DNA of 63,774 bases, counting the filler, from Octopus bimaculoides (taxonomy: Eukaryota), in the NCBI RefSeq assembly GCF_001194135.2. It is 7 parts of 7 records of this genome, joined end to end, with 100 filler letters (N's around TTAATTAATTAA, not from the genome) between each part and the next. Parts side by side here need not be neighbours in the genome. Positions count along the whole stretch, not along the records: positions 19,993 to 38,176 come from NC_068989.1; positions 38,277 to 45,398 come from NC_068983.1; 5 more parts are not named here. One strand, given 5' to 3'. The number at the start of each line of letters is the position of its first letter. Within the stretch, counting starts at the first letter, position 1. Positions 27,513-41,860 of this stretch are shown here, in pieces. Below the pieces are notes generated by a model that had not been told where the DNA came from, searched no databases, and saw nothing but the letters and a program-made list of their open reading frames with translations. A program made the position numbers and the translations under genes.

Positions 27513-28618
27513 GTACAAATTGTAACACCTGTTACAAATGGTAACCTCCGACTTCAACACATATCCTAAAACGTACCATTACATAAGTACTGAAATCGAT
27601 TTGATTTCAAGCGGTTCCCTAACATGGCCGCCATCTAATGACTGAAACAAGGAGAAGATCAAACAATGAACAAACATTTGTGACCTTGTGCCTATGTTCA
27701 AAATTATGTCTCCACCTTTCTACGTCCCAAATTTGAATTTCACCGAAGAAAACAGCCTTGATTTTCATACCTTCGTGCTTGAATCAAAGCAGTATTTTTT
27801 GGATTTAGTTGGGTTCAGTCGGCTGTGAACTTTTTGTTCCTTCCGTAGGAATTTAGTCTATCCATCCGTATGGCACAGCATGGAGTTTGGGGCATTGCCA
27901 GACAGATAGATGACGGCTGATATGATAGAGACCGAGATGTAAATTCTTTCTCTTTTCTTTTTCATTAGACTATGATAATGATAACATACTAAATATAACA
28001 AACTATAACTAACACAAAACCTGATACCTAGAACAACTGTAGAAAGTATGTCTGTCTATGTATAGTACCAAGTGTCTTGTTAGTAAATCAAATAATTTAT
28101 AACCGGTTTAAATCCCAGAATTCGCTCCCTTGATTTCTTTGATATAGATTGTCGTTAACTTATTCGCATTACGGGTGAAGTTTCAGTTGATTAAAAATTT
28201 TTTTTGGATCACTATATTAAGCAACAAATATTAGTGACGGAAGCAGTATTAATACCGAATAGCAATCTCTCGTGACGGATATCACAATATTCGGATTTCT
28301 AACAATACACCCACAAAGAGCAGAATAAAAAGATTACCACTATGTTAAGTATATTATTCTACAACTTAATTATATGCTCTTCATGCAGATGGCATCCCTA
28401 AGAAATTTTCAAATGTCAGTTTTAAATAGCATGATCAGTAGCGAACACGTTTATCTATACGTCTCTGAAGAGTTCTAATAAAACCAAACCACATCCGGTG
28501 ACCAAAACACATTCGGAAACCAAAACACAAACGGAGACCGCAGCACGTCACCTTACTTACCAAGGAGTAGACCTATTACCCCACTACATATCACCCTTGA
28601 ATTTAAATCTATTTAAAT

Positions 28619-28673
<55 letters not shown>

Positions 28674-29048
28674 NNNNNNNNNNNNNNNNNNNNNNNNNNN
28701 NNNNNNNNNNNNNNNNNNNNNNNNNNNNNNNNNNNNNNNNNNNNNNNNNNNNNNNNNNNNNNNNNNNNNNNNNNNNNNNNNNNNNNNNNNNNNNNNNNNN
28801 NNNNNNNNNNNNNNNNNNNNNNNNNNNNNNNNNNNNNNNNNNNNNNNNNNNNNNNNNNNNNNNNNNNNNNNNNNNNNNNNNNNNNNNNNNNNNNNNNNNN
28901 NNNNNNNNNNNNNNNNNNNNNNNNNNNNNNNNNNNNNNNNNNNNNNNNNNNNNNNNNNNNNNNNNNNNNNNNNNNNNNNNNNNNNNNNNNNNNNNNNNNN
29001 NNNNNNNNNNNNNNNNNNNNNNNNNNNNNNNNNNNNNNNNNNNNNNNN

Positions 29049-29101
<53 letters not shown>

Positions 29102-29630
29102 TGAGTGTGTAACTGTATATGTGACTCTGTGTTGTGGTTGTACCCCATCACTGCTTGACAACCACTGTTGATTTGTTTACGCCCTTGTAACTCAGCATTT
29201 TGACAAAAGGGCCCGATAGGGTAAGTACCAGACCTAAAAACAAGTCCTGGGTTCCATCTGTTCTACTAAATCCTTCAAGGTTATCGCAATTTCTTCCTAT
29301 TGTAAGAGTAATTTTAATGGATTAAAAATTATTTACGGTCTACTGAATTAAGTATGTCAGCTCACACTTAATTAATAAGTTTATAATTTTATGATTCATT
29401 CAAAGCCTCGTTTTGGACTCTCATGTCTTGAAATTTCATAAATTAGAAAGAAAGGGAACTGTAACTATGCTGGAGTCCCAGCATAGTTACAGTCCCTGAT
29501 TGATACCAGCAGAAGAAACAAAAGAGCCTTTTAGGCCAACTATTTATATAAGTTAAGTGAACTAAGAAAGCAATACAGTACGGTTTGTTATAATGCATAT
29601 CACTCATTTCACATAGTAATTTGTTTTATT

Positions 29631-30043
29631 GGCGCAGGAGTGGCTGTGTGGTAAGTAGCTAGCTTACCAACCACATGGTTCTGGGTTCATTCCCACTGCG
29701 TGGCACCTTGGGCAAGTGTTTTCTACTATAGCCTCGGGCCGACCAAAGCCTTATGAGTGGATTTGGTAGACGGAAACTGAAAGAAGCCCGTCATATATAT
29801 GTATATTTATATATGTATGTGTGTGTATATGTTTGTGTGTCTGTGTTTGTCCCCCCAACATCGCTTGACAACCGATGGTGGTGTGTTTACGTCCCTGTAA
29901 CTTAGAGGTTCGGCAAAAGAGACCGATAGAATAAGTACTAGGCTTCCAAAAAGAATAAGTCCTGGGGTCGATTTGCTCGACTAAAGGCGGTGCTCCAGTA
30001 TGGCCGCAGTCAAATGACTGAAACAAGTAAAAGAGTAAAAGAG
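29631..30043 (+). mobile_element. SINE family C
   Basis: Collinear with 23627-24050. Confidence 0.88.
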
Positions 30044-30270
30044 AAAAAAGAGATAGATTACAGTTGATATTTAAGCATAAAATTCTCTATTCCTAGTTTG
30101 AAAAACATCAACGATAAAGTTTTCTTACTGTCGATAAATCTATTGCATAGCCATTGTACATTCTTTGTTAATTTTTTTTTAAACTTTTGTGAGAACAAAA
30201 TTTCTAAACAGGTTTTCGTTTGAAAACCTACTGGTAGGCTGCGACTTTCCTTTTTTTAGAGTGAGAATGT

Positions 30271-30570
30271 GAAGGCGTATGGATTGGTGGTTAGGGTATT
30301 CGGTTCACGATCGTAAGTTCATGAGTTCGATATCCGGTTGCGAGTTGTGTCCTTGAGCAATTCACAATTTCTTGTTGCTCCAGTTCACTCAGCTTGCAAA
30401 AAGGGCTAGTTTCGTCACATTTTATATCACACTGAATCTCCTTGGGAACTGCGTTAAGTGCACGCATGTCTGTGGAGTACTCAGCCACTTGCACGTTAAT
30501 TTAACGAGCAGGCTGTTCCGTCGATCGGATCAACTGGAACCCTCGACGTTGTAACCGACACAGTGCCAAT
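30271..30570 (+). mobile_element. SINE head B + tail T1
   Basis: B head and cttgagcaa...cactcagcttgcaaaa centre, followed by the T1 tail. Confidence 0.78.
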
Positions 30571-31002
30571 AAATGGAGTGAGAACTTCACCTAAATTTCA
30601 AAGCAACCTGGTGTAAAAAGCTAATAGTAATTTTGTTTCTCTTCCATTCTTCTTCTCTTGGCTCCTCATCTAATTGAACAAGTAGTGAACGAAAAATAAG
30701 TGGTTTGGAGTATATTAGAAGGAAATTAATTGATATAAACTTCAACAAACTGTACACTGTGGCGCTTTCTTAATTTACTTAACTTCAATAAACAGTTCGT
30801 CTGTAAGAGTTTCGTAAATATCATGCACGAAGCTCTCAGCTTCTGAGCTCCCTTTGTAACTTTTGAGCTGATTAGCACACAGATTTACACACACACACAC
30901 ACACACACACAAACGCACGTACAAACACACACAGATGTATGTGTGTGTGTGTGTATGTATGTATATATACATCTATACATGCATTTATGTATGCAAGCAT
31001 AC

Positions 31003-31059
<57 letters not shown>

Positions 31060-31670
31060 NNNNNNNNNNNNNNNNNNNNNNNNNNNNNNNNNNNNNNNNN
31101 NNNNNNNNNNNNNNNNNNNNNNNNNNNNNNNNNNNNNNNNNNNNNNNNNNNNNNNNNNNNNNNNNNNNNNNNNNNNNNNNNNNNNNNNNNNNNNNNNNNN
31201 NNNNNNNNNNNNNNNNNNNNNNNNNNNNNNNNNNNNNNNNNNNNNNNNNNNNNNNNNNNNNNNNNNNNNNNNNNNNNNNNNNNNNNNNNNNNNNNNNNNN
31301 NNNNNNNNNNNNNNNNNNNNNNNNNNNNNNNNNNNNNNNNNNNNNNNNNNNNNNNNNNNNNNNNNNNNNNNNNNNNNNNNNNNNNNNNNNNNNNNNNNNN
31401 NNNNNNNNNNNNNNNNNNNNNNNNNNNNNNNNNNNNNNNNNNNNNNNNNNNNNNNNNNNNNNNNNNNNNNNNNNNNNNNNNNNNNNNNNNNNNNNNNNNN
31501 NNNNNNNNNNNNNNNNNNNNNNNNNNNNNNNNNNNNNNNNNNNNNNNNNNNNNNNNNNNNNNNNNNNNNNNNNNNNNNNNNNNNNNNNNNNNNNNNNNNN
31601 NNNNNNNNNNNNNNNNNNNNNNNNNNNNNNNNNNNNNNNNNNNNNNNNNNNNNNNTATATATATATATAT

Positions 31671-31705
31671 ACATGCATGCATACATACATACATACATAC
31701 ATACA

Positions 31706-31734
<29 letters not shown>
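31671..31734. repeat. (ACAT)n microsatellite upstream of tubulin exon 2
   Basis: Directly visible. Confidence 0.95.
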
Positions 31735-31736
<2 letters not shown>

Positions 31737-31802
31737 GTATATATTGTAGTGTATATATAAGATGCAAGATCATTATTTATTTCATATCTTTTTCTTCTTC
31801 AG

Positions 31803-32025
31803 AGAGAGTGTATCAGTATCCACGTTGGACAGGCTGGAGTCCAGATTGGTAACGCCTGCTGGGAACTCTATTGTCTGGAACACGGAATTCAACCGAATGG
31901 CCAGATGCCAGTCGATACGTTTATACCTGGAGGTGATGATTCCTTCAACACGTTTTTCCGTGAAACTGGTGCAGGAAAACACGTCCCTCGGGCTGTATTT
32001 GTAGATTTGGAACCAACAGTTGTCG
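31803..32025 (+). CDS. TUBA: Alpha-tubulin, coding exon 2 (codons 2 to first base of 76)
   Basis: Polypyrimidine tract and acceptor ttcttcttcag|AGA GAG TGT. Translates [74 protein letters not shown], then donor G|gtagg. 223 nt, phase-1 intron at codon 76, a conserved alpha-tubulin intron position. Confidence 0.97.
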
Positions 32026-32175
32026 GTAGGAGGATTTTTGCTTTTGTTTTCCTTTTTTTTTTTATTATTTTATTATTAATTTTATTTCTCTATTTATTTA
32101 TTTTGTTAGTTGTTTCTTTTACGGTGTAATGTTTCTAATCAAATCGGTAGATATGTCAAACACGCACACATACAA

Positions 32176-32260
32176 GTATGTATGTATGTATGTATGTATG
32201 TATGTATGTATGTATGTATGTATGCATGTATGTAAGTATGTATGTATGTATGTATGTATG
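32176..32260. repeat. (GTAT)n microsatellite downstream of tubulin exon 2
   Basis: Directly visible. Confidence 0.95.
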
Positions 32261-32261
32261 T

Positions 32262-32686
32262 GTGGAGGTGCAATGGCCCAGTGATTAGGGTAGCGGACTC
32301 GCAGTCATAGGATCGCGGTTTCGATTCCCGGACTGGGCGTTGTGAGTGTTTATTGAGCGAAAACACCTAAAGCTCCACAAGGCTCCGGCAGGGGATGGTG
32401 GTGAACCCTGCTGTACTCTTCCACCACAACTTTCTCTCACTCTTACTTCTTGTTTCTGCTATGCCTGTAATTCAAAGAGACCAGCCTTGTCACACTTTGT
32501 GTCCCGCTGAATATCCCCGAGAACTACGTTAAGGGTACACGTGTCTGTGGAGTGCTCAACCACTTGCACGTTAATTTCACGAGCAGNNNNNNNNNNACCA
32601 CTTGCACGTTAATTTCACGAGCAGGCTGTTCTGTTGATCGGATCAACTGGAACCCTCGACGTCGTCAGCGACGGAGTGCCAACAAC
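32262..32686 (+). mobile_element. SINE A+T1 in tubulin intron 2, inserted into a (GTAT)n microsatellite
   Basis: Full head and tail match to the other A+T1 copies; flanked on both sides by (GTAT)n. Confidence 0.9.
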
Positions 32687-33680
32687 CATGTATGTATGTA
32701 TGTATGTATGTATGTATTCGGCACCTGAGGCACCTAGCGTTGCTCGGGTAACGAATATGCAAAGACAGAGGGATTTTTACATAATGCCAGCTTTCACGGC
32801 GTTCTTTTTCTATGAAATTATATTTTATATATTTTTAATTGTAATGCACACACATGTCTAAAGTTGAATTTTCCCCGTCTTCTATGATGAGTGAAGTTTT
32901 AGAGATCGTGTTTATCGATAATTTAAATTGCGTAACTTTAGAAAATATCATCTTATGACTCTTGTTGTGCTTAATACATTCTTTCTTCTGCTATTTTCAC
33001 CCGGTGATTATGCCAAGGTTTCTGAGGATTTGGTGATAGACAGGCATTGATTAATGATAGCAGAGATTTATGAACGTTACTTTCAACATGATACCTATCA
33101 TATTCATAATATGTAGTACACTGCGTAGGCTACCAAACACATGTCGTCATTATTAATGGAGCAGTTGGTGAGTGTGTGAACAGTATTGCTGTTTGGGAGT
33201 TAATTCTTAAATAGTCATTTTCTTAGGGAAGGTCTTGAGTGCACCAGTTCTATGTTCAGTCTCTCTTTCTCCACCCACCCCCTCTCTCTCTCTCTCTTTC
33301 TCAATATGCTTGAAATATGCTTGAAATGCTACAAAAATTAATTAAATCTATGAGAAGAGTCTACACCTTAAATTTAACATGTTTAACTTTACTTTCCCTG
33401 AGGAACTTGTAATATTTGGCCATACAATGCAATCTGTAGCTTGAATCTTATAGTATCATTTGTAACCTTAGATTAAAATTGCGAAGCAAATAACATTCAT
33501 AGTTTCTCTGAGTTTAGAAACTCTGCAACTAAATCGTTTATCTGGTGTACAGAAATCACTAAAATGTCTTTTTCTTCAACAAAAAATCCATTTGGGATTC
33601 TTGAACTTTCTAGAAGTAACTTAGTATAAATTTTGTTCCTTTTTTTTTTGTATTTTTGGTGTGTGGGTGAACTTTAGTAA

Positions 33681-34894
<1,214 letters not shown>

Positions 34895-34895
<1 letters not shown>

Positions 34896-34900
34896 ATAAA
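34895..34900 (+). other. AATAAA polyadenylation-type hexamer overlapping the tubulin stop codon
   Basis: Sequence TAC TAA ATAAA; AATAAA spans 34895-34900. Whether it is used is unknown. Confidence 0.35.
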
Positions 34901-34994
34901 CACCAGAAGCCATGCATCGTGCCGTCGAGGGGTTTTGTTAAACTTAAGTGGAAACAACAAAAACTATTTTTTAGACAAATATAACTTTTATGGA

Positions 34995-35665
34995 ATTTCC
35001 ATATCATCATAGAACTGTTATTGCGGAGCTGTTACTATTGAAATGTCATCATACTGCTATAAACTCAGAAATGTCTGCATGCGGCTCTGTCATAATAACG
35101 TCATCAAAGACTATCATTTTCCAATTGTCGTCACAGAGAATTCATCATTTCTTTGCCATTGTACTGTCACAACTGAGCTGTAGCAGTACAATGCTTTCAT
35201 ATCAAAGAGCTATCGTGTAAAAAGTGTCATAACATAGCTATCATGACGGCTCTGTTATCACAGAGTTGACATATGTAACAGCACTGTCATTACAGAACCG
35301 TCAAACTAAGAAGCCTTATCACACGGCTGTCACTGTCATGACAGAGTTGTCATAACTAATAGCTGTCATGACAGAGCTGCCGTGCTAATAAGTGCCAACA
35401 CATGACTATCATACCGCCACTGTCGTGACAGGGTTGTCATAACTAACAACACTGTCATCACAACTGACGTTAGAATTCTAATTTCAGAAATGTCAGCATG
35501 AAGCTGTTACCATAATGATTCCATGGCTCAGCAATCACTGAAAAGCTGATATTACAAAGCTGTCATAACAAAACTGCTATCACAGGGATGTTATAACAGA
35601 AGTGTTATGTCACTGCTGTCTTCACGAAGCTCTCATTATAGAGCAACTATTACAATGGTGACATG
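34995..35665. repeat. Degenerate minisatellite based on CTGTCATGACAG(AG)
   Basis: Many TGTCA/TGACA/GTCAT variants; perfect 12-bp palindromes at 35333-35344 and 35363-35374. Confidence 0.75.
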
Positions 35666-35808
35666 ACAGAGTTGTGTGAGGAGTATGTATGCCATAAAAT
35701 GTTCAGGCTCGTATCCATATCGACTTTCAGAAAGGCAGCCCTTTGAGCCGTGAAGGCAATAATCTTCATAATCTCGTTCGAAATCGAAGCCCATATCTAT
35801 AAACATAG

Positions 35809-35848
<40 letters not shown>

Positions 35849-38800
35849 AGTTGGGGACAAGAGAGTCAATACTAAACAACGATCTTTCCGAGTTCGGGCA
35901 TTGAAAACTAAAGGAAAGAATTCAAAGAATCTCTATATTTGGAAAATAACATTGTTTTGAAAATGAATGTTATAATTAGCAATATTCAAAAAAGAAAGGG
36001 AAATGTTCGTAAATAGAAATCTATTAGACCAGTTATCATGTTAAAAGTTGATAGAAGATTTTGATATGTTCTATAACAGTTTTTTATCATGTGTCTGCTC
36101 GATCAGAAGTGGTTTGGGGTTAAAAAAAATAATAACAGCAAACTCCTCGAGAGAACCTCTAGCAGCCAAATTTTCCTCAAATCCCACTACATTGTATTAG
36201 GAAACGAAAGGACCATTAGATAATCAGGGTGCTGTTTGTCATAACTATACTTGATCGAGGTTTACTTAGAGCTAAGCAACAACAAAATACGCGTGACTAT
36301 CTGAGTGGTCGTTTGATCTGTTGGAAATGGTCACCAAGACCTTCCTCATACCGCATCCTACCGACTTAAAAAAGGGAGGACAAGTCTGAAAACTACTATG
36401 AGATGCATGGTGCCTTAAGATTTAAAACTTCTTCATGTTCTGTAAGTAGGGCAGGTTAGCTAATCTCACTGAGATTATCCTACCCTTGTGCTATTTATAC
36501 CCATACAACACATTGTTATTGTTTCGTTCCATGTTAACCTTAATCGAGAAAATATAATTATGAGCATCTCAGCCATGATTTTTTTACAGATAACATGGAC
36601 GTAAACTATATTATACAATGAGACCACTTTTTAAGTCGGTTGAGTGTGACCCGAGGAGGATTTGGCTGCTATTCTTAATAGGTCTAGCGAACATGAAAAG
36701 ACTTTTGGAAGCCAGTGAAAATGTCGTGAACTTTACAGAAGTGTAGCAGCTCAACAGCTGCGAACTGTTCCTAGTTACAGCTAAGCGGAAATATTCTTTT
36801 CCCTTAGGAGAAACCACAATCAATCGATTAGTTAATTACTTAATTTGTTAACTAGTTGACAAGTAATAATAAAAGAATCAAAATATTAGTGCTGTATGCG
36901 TTTTATTGATAAAATGGCGCTCCCAAGGTACTTATGTTTCAAGACACGATTGCACATCAGTAATATTGCTAAGCAAATACAAAGACGAGATAGGTAGAAA
37001 TGATTAGTGAGATTTTTTTTTTTCTTTTTTAATGTTTGGGTCTCGGTAAGAAAGGTCATTTGCTGCATGAAAAGCAAAGTGAATGCTAGCATACTGATTC
37101 AAACTCCATTAAATTAAAATTTTGGAGTTGCTTCCCCTGTTTCTTAGACTGAATTGTATCTTGGGTGTAATATTTCATGGTTTACTATATCATGTAAGGT
37201 AGTACCCTTTTGAGAGCTAGATGTGTTAAGCAATTCTACAGTGCAGTGCGGATGACTAGAATCCATTCAGCCATTCATGGCTCTCAAAATTCCTGCTTAA
37301 ACTGAGATAAAGTTTTAGATTTCATAGTTTGGGGCCGCTACAGAATGTTGTTGTCTGTTTTTGTTTTGTTTCATTTTCTTGCTCGAAACATCGACTTAAT
37401 CACTGCAATATATGATAAATAAAATAAACAGGAAAACTCTAATTAAACAATGCGTAATTAATTAATTTGTACGAGGTTATAAATACGGGAATGAGCTGTT
37501 GAGAGTGCTGCAAGTGTGGTAGCGTATTTGATTAAAGGCTCCCCCCGCCCTACCCCTCCTTCAAAGCAAACTTTTCACTTGATATAAAGCCAAGTCTCGC
37601 AAGGAACTCGCTCCTTGTTTTTTTTTTGTTTTTTTGTTTTTTTACCTCATGCTTTTCTTTCTCGTTATGTCATGTCCATGCTTATATCAAACATACAAAT
37701 ATGTTCAATAAATAATGATATTTTTGTCTGTATACATGAAAATTGTTTTTACAATAAAAAAAATTGGTTTTCTTTTTTTTTTGTTTTTTAACATTTTTTT
37801 TAAAAATAAATTCACATAAAATAAAGTGGGGGTAAACTACTATTAAATAATAGGAAAATTTCAGGAATTAAAATTTCCATTTGTGATATTGTGGAGAATA
37901 TTGCACGCATCTAAACAATATAATCACAACAAACATCTTTTGAATAAAATTTGGTCTTTTTGTTTATTTGTATTCTGTTTTTGTTTTTTCTTGTTTTGTT
38001 TTGTTTTGTTTCCTCGTCAAGTTATTGTGATCTGTAAGGCAAATTCCAGTTTATTTATCCCCCCACCCCACCCCAAAAAGCAAAATACTAGAACACACTG
38101 TATGGATAATACCGTACTAAATTCTGGTGCCTCAACTTAAGTACCATATTCATCTGAATCTATATATATGCATATANNNNNNNNNNNNNNNNNNNNNNNN
38201 NNNNNNNNNNNNNNNNNNNNTTAATTAATTAANNNNNNNNNNNNNNNNNNNNNNNNNNNNNNNNNNNNNNNNNNNNATATACGTATACACACATATATGT
38301 ATATATACATCAGTATACATGTAAGCACATACATAATGTGTGTATGTGTATATGTGAGTGCGTGTATGTGTGTATTTTTATGTTCGTGTGTGTGTATTTG
38401 TATGTGCGTGTGTATATGTATGTGCGCGTGTGTGTGTGCGTGTACACCAAAATGTGCGATTAAAAGTGAAAGTGAATATGTATTAAAATTGATCTGGTTT
38501 ATATTATTTTTCCTATGACGTCCTTTTCGTTTCGTCTTTTTTATTTATTTTTCTCTTTCGACATGGAATCAGTGCTCGACTGAAGAAGTTCTGCTTGGCA
38601 AAACGCTCTTCTAATTGATTTTCTTTCTTTTAGTTTCTATTTCAACATAGTATATATTTAATTTCTAAAATACAAGTAAAGCGATTACAATTCAAATACC
38701 GAATCAAATTTCTTAACGTTTTCTACCTATCACGTTGCACAGTAACACATCAAAAAAAATGAATATGTAATTTATGATAGGCACTAGGGATATAATTGCT

Positions 38801-39877
38801 ATTTCGACCTCATTCAGTTCTGCCTAGACAGCCAGCAGTTTAATATTCTTTTGTCTTTCTTATTCTCTACACTGTCTGATGAAAGTTCTCTTCAGATTGA
38901 ATTTTTACAAAAGATAGGGAAGACATTATTAAGCTTTGTTTTATTAAACCTCGCCTTGTTTGTTCCATTTCATGCACCGTAATGCTTCGTGAGATATTGC
39001 ACAAACCAATTTTCAAGACATAATGCATCTAGACAGAGTGAATGTGAGAAAGTGTTTTCATGGATTCAGTTGGCTGATTGCTATTTTCATCTTTGAGAAA
39101 AATAATTGCAAAACGAGAAATTGCTCTCAGTCTGCCGTGAATGCTAAATTTCTACTACAAACCATAAACTCTGACATTTCTGTTTCTCATAAACAGCGGA
39201 TTTTAGGTAATGAAATACAAAAATGACAGACTAGTGGGATTCTCAAAACATCATTCTAATTCAAATATATTCAGTTATAACTCGATAACCAACAGTTTAT
39301 TTATTATTTGGAAAAGATCTCATAAGATCGAAACATTATTAAAAATGTATATTTTAATAAAACTTTTGATTTATAAAGAAATGCATTCTTCCGGTCTTCA
39401 AATTACAGTTCAATATATATTTGTGTGCGAATAAGTGTGTATGTGTGTCTGATGAATGTGTGTATGCAAGTAGTCTTTGAAGACAAGATTATGTTCGATT
39501 TTAACTTTTGTACTTAAAAGAATTTTCATCATTCCTTATCAGTCTTTTATACTAAATGTCTAACAAAGGTGACACTACCAAAGTCCAGTAACGTTACATG
39601 ACCTTTTTAGTGTCATCGTCAGGCTCTGATGACAGTAATAGTGGCGTGTTGTTGCTTAATCACTTTCTCAATGGGTCGCAAAGTATCATGATTAGTACTT
39701 AAATATAAACACACTTATACACACATACACTGCTATCACCGAGAAAATCGTTTTCACTGAATTTCAAATTATTAAACATGTCCCAGTAATATTCATACAT
39801 TACGTTGTTTAAGTTTCATTTGTTTGTTGACTTTTCGTTTATATTATGCTTATTTTTTTAGTATAGCTTCTATTGTA

Positions 39878-40088
39878 AGACGGAGAGCTGGCAGAATCTC
39901 TGATACACCGAGCAAAAAGGCTTAGCGGCATTTCGTCGGTTTTTACGTTTTGGGTTCAAATGCCGACGGGATCGATTTTGCCTTTCATCATTTCGGGGTC
40001 GATAAGTACCAATTAAGTACTGGTGTCGATTTAATCCACTTAGTCCCTCCCCGAAATTGCTAGCCTTGTGCCAAAATCTGAAACCAAT
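39878..40088 (+). mobile_element. SINE family D
   Basis: Collinear with 13489-13688; its 3' end matches window positions 1-27. Confidence 0.8.
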
Positions 40089-40115
40089 ATAACTTCCATT
40101 GCTAAGCTTCTTATA

Positions 40116-40255
40116 TACAAGGGGATGCTGAAGGGTTTCTGGCTTTGAGTAAAAAAAATACAGGAGGACCAGTTAATTATGATTTTATTCAACATGTTCC
40201 CCTCTTAGATTCACACACTTACTCCAGCGGTCCTTCAGTTTTTCTAAGCCCTTTC
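40116..40255 (-). mobile_element. Mariner transposon 3' end remnant
   Basis: Minus strand 40250-40185 reads GLEKLKDRWSKCVNLRGEHVE*, a typical mariner transposase C-terminus; the TIR-like end caaggggatgctga abuts TA at 40116-40117. Confidence 0.75.
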
Positions 40256-41362
40256 ACGATACTCTTAAAGCATCCGCTCGTAGAATAAATTTTAAAATTA
40301 AGTCAACGGTTAGGGGTTTTCTTAATACCGAAAATGAAATCCTCAAAAATCAACACACAGGAAAAATGCATATGAAGCAAACTATGAAATTTACGAGGCA
40401 TTAATCTTGGAGCAATCTGGCGAAGATAATTTCATAATTAAATAACATTATTCTGCTGAGCCCTGAGACTTACTACAAGTACTCGAACAACACGTTGCTA
40501 CTAGTGTCATCTCGTTCTCATGATAAGACTGAGAAACTCTTGAAATGTTGAAAAGAAGTACGAAACGTCAATGTTACAAAATATTAAACATGGAGACGAT
40601 AATATTTTAACGCATTTCTCAAATAAAACCGTTCCCTACTTCCTCACACACACAGATACATACACACACATACATAAATACACACACACCACATACAGAC
40701 GTGCACATACACTCCACTCATACGCACACACATACAGCACTCTCACGCACGTGTGTATGTATGTATATGAAATGTATTTTTATATTAACACCAATAAACA
40801 AATATGTTATCCTCATCAAATTAATTAAACCAAACCAGTACAATACAAAGGTATGAAATAAACTGACTGAAAACCCCAACACTTCCAGAGTCAAATATCT
40901 AATTTAAGAACCATACAAATCACAAACAGGTCAACAGATGAATTCCACAAACAAATATTAGAATCCAACATTAAAACTTATAAACGTATAGACGATCGTA
41001 CCTATAACTACATAGTACTCAATCAATCAGGTAATCTTAGAAGCATGAACACTATGGAAGAAACTTAATTGAACCGAGAATTCGCTCCTCAGCTGCCTAA
41101 GGGATACCATCTGGTATCGCCACCAAGAGGCGGGATCACTACTTCTATCTGAGTAAACAGCCTTTGAAACATATCTAATGCTGCCTGGAAATATACAAAC
41201 TTAGTAACTCAAACCAGTGTCATAATTACAAGCTTAACTACTTGGAGCCCGATTTCATTGTTGCATTAAATTACCAAATCAATAATTACTCAAGTCAATC
41301 AACACGTAAAGAAAAAGAACAAAAAATAACGAATGAATAACAAATTAAACTGATCAACACAA

Positions 41363-41586
41363 GTGCAAGCGTGGCTGAGTAGTAACAAGTTAGCTTCTCA
41401 ACCACATGGTTCCGAGTTGAGTCCCACTGCGTGGAACCATGGGCAAATGTCTTCTACTATAGCCTCGGGCGACCAAGGGCTTGTAAGTGGATTTGGTAGG
41501 TGAAAACTAAAAGCTTATCATGCGCGCGCGTGTGCGAGTGTGTGTGTATGTGCATGCGTGTGCGCGAGAGTGTGCGCGTGTGTGTG

Positions 41587-41644
<58 letters not shown>

Positions 41645-41860
41645 CATGTATGTGTCTTTATGTTTGTGCTGTATCCCCTACCCCCACTTGACAACCGGTG
41701 TTCGTTTGTCTACGTACTCGTAATATAGCGGTTCGGCAAACAAGACCAACAGAAAAAGAACTAGATTTAAAAATAAGTATTGGGTGGATCTGTACGACTA
41801 AACCTTTCAAACTGGTGCCACAGCATGGCCACAGTCCAATCGCCGAAACAAGTAAAGGAG
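41363..41860 (+). mobile_element. SINE family C, diverged, expanded internal microsatellite
   Basis: Head, centre and tail modules recognisable around a (TG)/(TA) array. Confidence 0.75.

Noticed and set aside
32559-32624. Apparent tandem duplication inside the SINE (also at 54218-54272)
   Set aside because: The duplicated text flanks a 10-N gap; these are unmerged overlapping contig ends.
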